From positions 1 to 42,900 of the forward strand of contig CAYXBX010000001.1 of assembly GCA_964463445.1 (NCBI GenBank): a stretch of 42,900 nucleotides of DNA. Direction: 5' to 3'. This document shows, piece by piece, positions 21,605-29,145 of the stretch. The position numbers were made by a program, and so were the translations under genes. This DNA is from an uncultured Planctomycetia bacterium. GTDB lineage: Bacteria > Omnitrophota > Gorgyraeia > Duberdicusellales > 4484-171. The first letter of the stretch is position 1. Every line of letters begins with the position of its first letter. Under the pieces are notes generated by a model that was not told the DNA's origin, ran no database searches, and saw only the letters and a list, made by a program, of their open reading frames with translations.

Positions 21605-22870
21605 ATGGGAAAAACTATAATTGAAAAGATTCTTTCTTTTCGCTCCCAAAGGTCTCTTTATGCCGACGACGTTGGTATCTGTAAAGTTGATTTTTGTTTT
21701 TCTCAAGATGGTACAACCTCTTTAGTTCTGGATGCTTTAGGTAAATTCAGTAAAAAGCCTTCTATTTCCTGTTCCTACGCTATGTTTATTGACCACAGTT
21801 CCCCTTCGCCTAATATTGGTGTATCTAAAGTTCATAGCAGGATGAGAAAGTTTTCTCATTATGCACGTAATCTTCTTTATGATGTTGGCTGCGGTATATC
21901 TCATCAGTTGGTTATCGAAGAAGGTTTTGCTTATCCGGGGAGGTTGATTTTAGGGGCGGATTCCCACACTTCAACAGCAGGAGCATTAGGTTGCGCAGCT
22001 TTTGGGGTAGGCTCAACGGATTTAGCAGTTACCTTAATCACAGGAAAGAACTGGTTTAAGGTGCCTCAGACTTATAAGATAATTCTTAAAGGAAAAATTC
22101 CTTTTGGAGTGTATAGCAAGGATATTATTCTTTATCTGATACATAAATTTACTGCTAATGGCGCTACCTACAAGGCAGTTGAGTTTGAGGGGGAAGTTGT
22201 TGATAATTTAAGTTTGGATGCCAGGTTTACAATTACTAATATGACTATAGAGTTTGGGGCAAAATGCGGCATTATAGCACCGGATAAAAAGACGCTCAAT
22301 TTTCTCAAGAGAATAGGGGTTAAAAGGATTAAGCCGGTTCATCCTGATAAAAATGCTAAATATCAGCATGTTTATGAATTTGATGTGTCTAAAATTTCTC
22401 CCTATATAGCGAAGCCACACACTGTGGATAATGGTGCTGCTATAGAGGAGATAGAAGGAATAAGAATTGACCAGGCTTATTTAGGTACCTGTACTAATGG
22501 GCGTCTTGAGGATTTAGAGATTGCCGCCAGTATAGTTAAAGGGAAGAAAGTAAACAAAGATGTGCGTTTTATTGTGGCGCCTGCTTCAAAGAAGACATAC
22601 GCTGCTGCCTTAAGGAAGGGAGTGCTTAGAGTTTTTATGGAGGCAGGAGCTATTATTCTTCCTCCTGGGTGTGGTCCTTGTGTGGGAACTCATCAAGGTG
22701 TTCCTGCGGATAAAGAGGTGGTGATTTCTACAGCCAATAGGAATTTTAAAGGTAGAATGGGAAATCCCAATGCTTTTATTTATCTGGCTTCTCCTGCTAC
22801 CGTAGCAGCTTCTGCCTTAAAGGGTGTTATAACTGACCCTAGGAGATATATTAAAAGGAGCAAGGTATAA
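21605..22870 (+). CDS. Aconitase-superfamily dehydratase, large subunit (archaeal-type LeuC/HacA-like, about 420 aa)
   Basis: 421 aa with GADSHTSTAGALG, and Fe-S ligand contexts GTCTNGR and PGCGPCVG. NRNFKGRMG motif. Confidence 0.9.
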   Translation: MGKTIIEKILSFRSQRSLYADDVGICKVDFCFSQDGTTSLVLDALGKFSKKPSISCSYAMFIDHSSPSPNIGVSKVHSRMRKFSHYARNLLYDVGCGISHQLVIEEGFAYPGRLILGADSHTSTAGALGCAAFGVGSTDLAVTLITGKNWFKVPQTYKIILKGKIPFGVYSKDIILYLIHKFTANGATYKAVEFEGEVVDNLSLDARFTITNMTIEFGAKCGIIAPDKKTLNFLKRIGVKRIKPVHPDKNAKYQHVYEFDVSKISPYIAKPHTVDNGAAIEEIEGIRIDQAYLGTCTNGRLEDLEIAASIVKGKKVNKDVRFIVAPASKKTYAAALRKGVLRVFMEAGAIILPPGCGPCVGTHQGVPADKEVVISTANRNFKGRMGNPNAFIYLASPATVAASALKGVITDPRRYIKRSKV

Positions 22871-22892
22871 TAAATAAGAAAGAGGAGGATAA

Positions 22893-23942
22893 ATGATTGA
22901 TATTAATTCTCTTTTTAAGATGACAATGGATGAAGATGCCAGTGATTTGCATATAACAGTAAATAGTCCTCCCATATTAAGAATTGATGGTAAGCTTCAT
23001 TTTACAGATTTGGAGGTTCTTTCTCCCGATGATACCAAATTTATGATTTATAGTATACTTAACGATGAGCAAAAGGCAAGTTTAGAGCGTGATAAAGAAT
23101 TGGATTTTTCCTTTTCTGCGCCGGGTCTGGATAGGTTCAGAATAAACGTGCATTACCAGAAGGGAAATTTAGAGGCAGCCTTCAGGCGTATTCCTTACAA
23201 GATTCCCACAATCGAAGAATTAGGTGTTCCTTTGGTCGCTTATGATTTAATAAGAAAACCCAATGGTTTAGTCTTGGTTACAGGCCCTACTGGTATGGGT
23301 AAGAGTACTACCTTAGCGGCGATGATTGATGTTATCAACGGAGAAAGAGAAGAGATTATTATATGTATAGAGGACCCTATTGAGTATGTTCATACCAACA
23401 AGAAGAGTGTTGTAAAGCAAAGAGAAGTTTATGCTGATACCCATTCTTTCCCTGAGGCATTAAAAAGGGCTTTGCGTCAGGATCCCGATGTTATTGTTGT
23501 TGGCGAGATGCGTGACTTAGAAACGATTGGTACTACTCTTACTGCTGCTGAGACTGGGCATTTGGTTCTTGCGACTTTGCACACACCCGATGCTCCTCAG
23601 ACCGTTCAACGAATCATTGATGTATTTCCTCCTCATCAACAAAAGCAGGTAAGAGTTCAGCTTGCTGACTGTATTCAGGGGGTAATTTCTCAGTTACTTC
23701 TTCCGCGTGCTACAGGCAAGGGGAGAGTTTTAGCTACAGAAATTATGATTGCAACTCCTGGTATCCGTAATCTGATAAGAGAAGGAGAAATAGCTCAGAT
23801 TCCTTCTTTGATACAGATGGGAGCACAATATGGTATGCATACTATGGATAAATGTTTGAAAGAGCTTTACCGTCAAGGCATAATTACCCGGGAGGTAGCG
23901 GTAAGCAAGGTTAAAAATATTGTTGAGTTTGACAATCTCTGA
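22893..23942 (+). CDS. pilT: Type IV pilus retraction ATPase PilT
   Basis: 349 aa with Walker A GPTGMGKST, Asp box, and PilT signature GIRNLIREGE. GAGGAGG SD. Confidence 0.92.
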   Translation: MIDINSLFKMTMDEDASDLHITVNSPPILRIDGKLHFTDLEVLSPDDTKFMIYSILNDEQKASLERDKELDFSFSAPGLDRFRINVHYQKGNLEAAFRRIPYKIPTIEELGVPLVAYDLIRKPNGLVLVTGPTGMGKSTTLAAMIDVINGEREEIIICIEDPIEYVHTNKKSVVKQREVYADTHSFPEALKRALRQDPDVIVVGEMRDLETIGTTLTAAETGHLVLATLHTPDAPQTVQRIIDVFPPHQQKQVRVQLADCIQGVISQLLLPRATGKGRVLATEIMIATPGIRNLIREGEIAQIPSLIQMGAQYGMHTMDKCLKELYRQGIITREVAVSKVKNIVEFDNL

Positions 23943-23946
23943 GTTT

Positions 23947-24450
23947 ATGAAATTTAAAGGCAGAGTATTTAAATTCGGTGATAATATCAACACAGACTGG
24001 ATAATTTCTGGGCGGTATAAATTTGCCATTACTGACATGAGGAAGCTTTCTCGCTATCTTTTTGAAGATATCAGGCCTGATTTTTATAAAGAGATAATTC
24101 CTCACAAATCTATAATAGTGGCAGGAGAAAATTTTGGCATGGGTTCTTCAAGAGAACAGGCTCCCTGGGTCATAAAGGAAGCAGGCATTCTGTGTGTTAT
24201 TGCGAAAAACTTTGCCCGCATATTCTATCGTAATGCTTTTAATATCGGTTTAGCTCTCATTGAAGCAGATACAACTCACTTTAGAGAGAAAGATGACTTA
24301 ATTGTTGATGTGGATAAAGGAGTTATTAAGAGAATGAGAGATAATTTCATAGTGGAGTTTCCTCCTTTTGATAATTTTCGCAAAGAGTTGATAAAAGTTG
24401 GCGGAATTATAGAGTATTTAAGGAAACACCGTAATTTTAAGGTGAAATAA
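23947..24450 (+). CDS. Aconitase-superfamily dehydratase, small subunit (LeuD/HacB-like)
   Basis: [20 protein letters not shown] start and [13 protein letters not shown] motif. The start is taken at ATG 23947, because the ORF-track start 23920 overlaps pilT. Confidence 0.9.
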   Translation: MKFKGRVFKFGDNINTDWIISGRYKFAITDMRKLSRYLFEDIRPDFYKEIIPHKSIIVAGENFGMGSSREQAPWVIKEAGILCVIAKNFARIFYRNAFNIGLALIEADTTHFREKDDLIVDVDKGVIKRMRDNFIVEFPPFDNFRKELIKVGGIIEYLRKHRNFKVK

Positions 24451-25541
24451 TGGGATATGATATTACAGTGATTCCTGGTGATGGTATTGGCCCAGAAGTT
24501 ATTGATGCTACTTTGCGGTGCATTGATGCTTTGGGGTTTAAGATAAACTGGGAATTTGTCCTTGCGGGAGAACCTGCCTTAAAAGAAGAAGGTAGTATTT
24601 TACCATCCAAAACTATCGAGTCTATCAAGAAAAACAGAGTAGCCATTAAAGGTCCTATAATTACCCCTGTGGGGAGTGGTTTTAGGTCCGTTAATGTAGC
24701 TATACGTCACAGCCTTGATTTATTTGCCTGTGTAAGGCCCTCTCGATATATTGAGGGAATACCTCAGGCAAGACCTAACACAGACTTAATTGTAGTCCGG
24801 GAAAACAGTGAAGATTTATATGCAGGCATAGAGTTTGATAAAGAGACAGAAGGAGCGCAAGAAATAATCAAGTTTATTGAAAAAACAACTAATAGAGAGA
24901 TAAGAAAGGATAGTGCCATATCTATAAAACCAATATCTTCTTTTGCTTCCAGGAGGATTGTTAAGTTTGCTTTTGAATTGGCAAGAAAACAGAACCGCAA
25001 GAAAGTAACTTGTGTTCATAAGGCAAATATAATGAAGGCTACGGATGGGTTATTTTTGCAAATTTTCAGGGAGGTTGCAAAGGATTATTCTGACATTGTT
25101 GCTGAAGATATTATTGTAGATAATCTTTCCATGCAGTTAGTCTTACGTCCTCATAAATTTGATATCTTAGTGTTACCTAATCTTTATGGCGATATAATCT
25201 CGGATTTATGCGCAGGATTGATAGGAGGATTAGGGGTTGCACCAGGGGCTAATATTGGAGATGATTGTGCAGTTTTTGAACCGGTTCATGGCGCTGCCCC
25301 GAAGTATCAAGGCAAGAACAAAGTTAATCCCACCGCCACAATTCTTTCAGGTGTTATGATGCTTAAATATTTAGGTGAATTTAACGCAGCTTCTTTGCTT
25401 GAAGAGGCTACCTCTAAGGTAATAAAAGAGGGGAAATTTGTTACTTATGATTTAAAACCCAACCGTGATGACCCTACCGCTGTAGGCACAAAAGAAATGG
25501 CCGAAGCTATTATATCAAAAATACAAGAGCTGAAGAGTTAA
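24450..25541 (+). CDS. icd: Isocitrate dehydrogenase (beta-decarboxylating dehydrogenase family, ICDH-like)
   Basis: 363 aa. AIKGPIITPVGSGFRSVNVAIR and VRENSEDLYAGIEF closely resemble the ICDH substrate loop as I recall it from E. coli Icd, rather than IPMDH. The TAATG start overlaps the upstream stop. Confidence 0.85.
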   Translation: MGYDITVIPGDGIGPEVIDATLRCIDALGFKINWEFVLAGEPALKEEGSILPSKTIESIKKNRVAIKGPIITPVGSGFRSVNVAIRHSLDLFACVRPSRYIEGIPQARPNTDLIVVRENSEDLYAGIEFDKETEGAQEIIKFIEKTTNREIRKDSAISIKPISSFASRRIVKFAFELARKQNRKKVTCVHKANIMKATDGLFLQIFREVAKDYSDIVAEDIIVDNLSMQLVLRPHKFDILVLPNLYGDIISDLCAGLIGGLGVAPGANIGDDCAVFEPVHGAAPKYQGKNKVNPTATILSGVMMLKYLGEFNAASLLEEATSKVIKEGKFVTYDLKPNRDDPTAVGTKEMAEAIISKIQELKS

Positions 25542-25547
25542 TATATT

Positions 25548-26465
25548 ATGGTTAAAAAAATTTCCATAATTGGCAGCGGTTCTGTGGGAAGTATGCTTGC
25601 TTTTCATATTTTGTCTGGCTTGGATATAAAAGATTTAGTCTTGGTGGATATTTCTGGTTCTTTGGCAAAAGGGATAGCTTTGGATTTAGAGGATACAAGA
25701 GGGTTTCTTAAGTTTAATACGCATGTTTTAGGCACCTCTAATATAAATCATATTGAAAACTCAGATATTGTAGTTATCACCTGTGGCATTCCTCGCAAAG
25801 AAGGAATGACGCGTTATGATTTATTTAAGACAAATAGTAAAATTGTTATTGAAGTTACACGGAAGATAAAACGTTTAGCGCCTATGTCTTTGATAGTTGT
25901 TGTTACAAACCCTTTAGATGCAATAACTTACGTAGTTAATAAGCATAGCGGGTTCGGGCGCTTTCGTATTATGGGAATGGGGTCTTCTCTGGATTCTTCG
26001 CGCTTTCTTAACCTAATTTATAGCGAGACAAAAATATCTCCTTATAATATTGATGCGTTGGTTTGTGGCCTTCATAGTAAAGATATGTTGCCAGTTACGT
26101 CCTGTTCAAATATTAAGGGCAATTCTCTTGATGCTTTTTTAAACCAGGGCAAAATAGAAAAAATAACCCAGCGGGTTAAAGAACGCGGCAAAGAAATAGT
26201 GAGCTTTCTTAAAAACAGAAGTGCTTCTTTTGCGCCATCTTTAAGCTGTTATAAATTGATAGAGGCTATTGTCAAAGATAAAAATGAAATTATTCCTGTA
26301 TCGGTATTGCTTCAAGGAGAATACGGTTTACGGGATGTGTGTTTAGGGGTTCCCTGCGTTATTAGCCGTAAAGGGATAGATAGGATAGTTAAGCTTTGCT
26401 TGAGCGTAGAGGAAAAAGGACTTCTTAAGAAAATGAAAAGTAAGTTTTTGGAATGTATAAGGTAG
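25548..26465 (+). CDS. mdh: Malate dehydrogenase (LDH-like family)
   Basis: 305 aa with N-terminal GSGSVG Rossmann motif. GIPRKEGMTRYDL has Arg at the MDH/LDH discriminating position. Confidence 0.85.
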   Translation: MVKKISIIGSGSVGSMLAFHILSGLDIKDLVLVDISGSLAKGIALDLEDTRGFLKFNTHVLGTSNINHIENSDIVVITCGIPRKEGMTRYDLFKTNSKIVIEVTRKIKRLAPMSLIVVVTNPLDAITYVVNKHSGFGRFRIMGMGSSLDSSRFLNLIYSETKISPYNIDALVCGLHSKDMLPVTSCSNIKGNSLDAFLNQGKIEKITQRVKERGKEIVSFLKNRSASFAPSLSCYKLIEAIVKDKNEIIPVSVLLQGEYGLRDVCLGVPCVISRKGIDRIVKLCLSVEEKGLLKKMKSKFLECIR

Positions 26466-27694
26466 CAATTATTGGCGCAGGAGCAGCAGGCATTGAAGCG
26501 ACAAAGGTTTCTCTTTATTATAATCTTAAAACCATTCTTGTTGATAAAAATTATGATAGTTTTGGCGGTGTCTGTCTTAACCGCGGTTGTATCCCTGCCA
26601 AGTATTACTTAAATTCTTCGTTGCATTCGCAGAATTTAGAAGCTATATACAATAAAAAGAACGAGATAGTAGAATCTATCAAAAGGCCCACCTTAGATTA
26701 CTTTAAAAAGAAAGGTGTCAATGTACTATGGGGTCGTGCTGTATTTCTTGGCGAAAGGAAAATAAAGGTTGATGGTAAGATTGTTGAGGCGGATAGATTT
26801 GTTATTGCTTCTGGCTCAATACCTTATGAATTAATACCTGTGGATAGGAAAAAGGTATTTTTTGCTGAAGATATCTTTTCTTTTCCTTCTCTTCCTCAAA
26901 AGTTTCTTATTGTGGGAGCAGGGGCGGTAGGACTTGAGATTGCCTGTATACTGAACAATTTAAAGAAGGATACTTTGGTTATTGAGAAAGAAGGCAGGAT
27001 TATTCCCGGCTTTGATAAATTCTTAAGCTTGCGGTTAAAGAGCATTCTTGAAAGGAGAGGAATTAAGATAAAACTCAATGACGATGTTAATAACTATGAT
27101 TTAGATGAGTTTGACATGGTACTGTTGGCAACAGGAAGAAAGCCCAATCTTTACGGAATGGGTGTTGAGGAATTAGGTTTGATTAACGATAAAGGTTGGG
27201 TATGTGTTAACGAATACTTAAGGACAAATATTAGTAATATCTATGCTGCAGGGGATATCACGGGGAACAGGCTCTTAGCTTATGCAGCAGAAGAAGAGGC
27301 GCAGGTTGCTTTGGAGAATATAAAGGGCAATAAAGTTAAACTTGATTTTTCCGGGTTGGCAGAATGCGTATTTACCCAGCCTCAACTTGCCTGTGTAGGT
27401 TTGCTTGAAGAGGAAGCAAAGAAAAAGAATATAAAATACAATATAGTTAAATCCAACTTTCTCAGGTTTTCTTCTTCTTATGTTTATTCTGATACCGATG
27501 GGTTTATTGAGGTGCTTTTTGATAACAAAGAGAATATTTTGGGGGCAGGCATTGTTTCTCACAAAGCAGCAGAGCTTATAAGCCTTTTTTCTCTTGCTAT
27601 AAAGAATTCGCTTAAACTCAGTCAGCTTAAAAAGCTCACCTTTATCCATCCTACCCTTTCTGAGATTGTAAGCAAGTTTCTAAAACCCTACTAA
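26453..27694 (+). CDS. Class I pyridine nucleotide-disulfide oxidoreductase, dihydrolipoyl dehydrogenase-like (short, 413 aa)
   Basis: GAGAAG FAD motif, redox disulfide GGVCLNRGCIPAK, second Rossmann GAGAVG, and C-terminal HPTLSE. Confidence 0.8.
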   Translation: MYKVAIIGAGAAGIEATKVSLYYNLKTILVDKNYDSFGGVCLNRGCIPAKYYLNSSLHSQNLEAIYNKKNEIVESIKRPTLDYFKKKGVNVLWGRAVFLGERKIKVDGKIVEADRFVIASGSIPYELIPVDRKKVFFAEDIFSFPSLPQKFLIVGAGAVGLEIACILNNLKKDTLVIEKEGRIIPGFDKFLSLRLKSILERRGIKIKLNDDVNNYDLDEFDMVLLATGRKPNLYGMGVEELGLINDKGWVCVNEYLRTNISNIYAAGDITGNRLLAYAAEEEAQVALENIKGNKVKLDFSGLAECVFTQPQLACVGLLEEEAKKKNIKYNIVKSNFLRFSSSYVYSDTDGFIEVLFDNKENILGAGIVSHKAAELISLFSLAIKNSLKLSQLKKLTFIHPTLSEIVSKFLKPY

Positions 27695-27729
27695 TATGCT
27701 ATTTATCGGCGAAACGTTCCAAAAATACA

Positions 27730-27757
27730 TTGCTTTTTGCCTATTTTGGAGTATAAT
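27730..27757 (+). promoter_or_regulatory. Putative sigma-70 promoter upstream of glyQS
   Basis: TTGCTT (27730-27735), 16-nt spacer, TATAAT (27752-27757). Located in the 80-nt gap before glyQS. Confidence 0.5.
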
Positions 27758-27774
27758 ATTTTCTTCTTTTCTTT

Positions 27775-29109
27775 ATGGAAAAAGATAAATTATCTCAAAT
27801 AGTTTCTTTATGCCGTAGGAGGGGGTTTATCTTTGGGGGGTCTGAGCTCTATGGAGGACTTTCCAGCTTCTGGGACTACGGCCCTTTGGGTGCACGGACA
27901 AAAAAGAAAATAAAAGATATATGGTGGCATAGGTATGTTTTATCTCGCGATGATATTGTAGGGTTAGATAGTGCCATTATAATGCACAGTCTTGTTTTTG
28001 TTGCCTCCGGTCATTTAGAGGGGTTCAACGATTACCTCATAGAGTGCCCTAAATGCAAAAAGAGATTCCGCATAGATAAAATAGAGAAGGTATCTAGAAA
28101 TGAATATATATGCCCTGAATGCGCTACAACCATAGATGCTCTAAAGAACAAGCCTAAGAAATTTAACCTTATGCTTAAAACCAATGTAAGCGCCTCAGAA
28201 GATTCTCCTTTTGATGCCTATCTGCGTCCTGAGACTGCCCAGGGTATCTTTACCAACTTTCTTAATATACTAAATGTAACCCATAAGAAACTTCCCTTTG
28301 GGATTGCTCAGATTGGAAAAGCATTTAGGAATGAGGTTACTACAGGAAGCTTTATTTTTAGAATGAAAGAGTTTGACCAGATGGAGATTGAGTATTTTGT
28401 AAAGCCAGGTGAAGCGGATAAGTTTTATGAATACTGGGTAGAGGAACGTTACAGGTTTTATATAGATATTATGGGAATAAAGAAAAGTAATTTAAGAAAA
28501 CGAGAACATTCTAAAGATGAACTTGCTCATTATGCGCGTGCCTGTACTGATATTGAATACAATTTTCCTTTTGGCTGGAGTGAACTTGAGGGCATTGCTA
28601 ATAGAACCGATTATGATTTACGTAGGCACTCTCAAGTCAGCAAGAAAGACTTAACCTATTTTGATGAAGAGGCAAAGACACGTTTTTTTCCTTATGTAAT
28701 TGAGCCGTCAAGCGGAGTGGATAGAACATTTTTTGCTGTTATCTGTGATGCTTACCATGAAGAGGATGTAAAGGGGAGAAAGAGAGTTGTTCTTAGGCTG
28801 AAGCCAGAACTTGCTCCTTATACAGTGGCCATTTTCCCTTTACTTAAGAAAAATAGTGAGATTGTTGAGCTTGCAAAAAAGATTTTTTATGATATAAAAG
28901 ATAAAATACCCGCTTTTTATGACGATACAGCAGCTATTGGAAAACTGTATCGTCGTCAGGATGAGATTGGTACACCTTTTTGTATTACAGTTGACGTAGA
29001 TAGTCTGACTGACAAGAAAGTTACTCTGCGTAATCGTGACACAATGGAACAGGAAAGGATAGATACAAGCAGGGTTTTAGAAATATTGAGGGAAAAATTA
29101 AAGAGTTAG
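27775..29109 (+). CDS. glyQS: Glycine--tRNA ligase (alpha2 homodimeric type)
   Basis: 444 aa with RRGFIFGGSELYGG...WDYGPLG, class II motifs and a CxxC...CxxC insertion. Confidence 0.93.
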   Translation: MEKDKLSQIVSLCRRRGFIFGGSELYGGLSSFWDYGPLGARTKKKIKDIWWHRYVLSRDDIVGLDSAIIMHSLVFVASGHLEGFNDYLIECPKCKKRFRIDKIEKVSRNEYICPECATTIDALKNKPKKFNLMLKTNVSASEDSPFDAYLRPETAQGIFTNFLNILNVTHKKLPFGIAQIGKAFRNEVTTGSFIFRMKEFDQMEIEYFVKPGEADKFYEYWVEERYRFYIDIMGIKKSNLRKREHSKDELAHYARACTDIEYNFPFGWSELEGIANRTDYDLRRHSQVSKKDLTYFDEEAKTRFFPYVIEPSSGVDRTFFAVICDAYHEEDVKGRKRVVLRLKPELAPYTVAIFPLLKKNSEIVELAKKIFYDIKDKIPAFYDDTAAIGKLYRRQDEIGTPFCITVDVDSLTDKKVTLRNRDTMEQERIDTSRVLEILREKLKS

Positions 29110-29145
29110 TAATTATCGCGATTTTGCTTAAAGAAGGAGGTAGGT

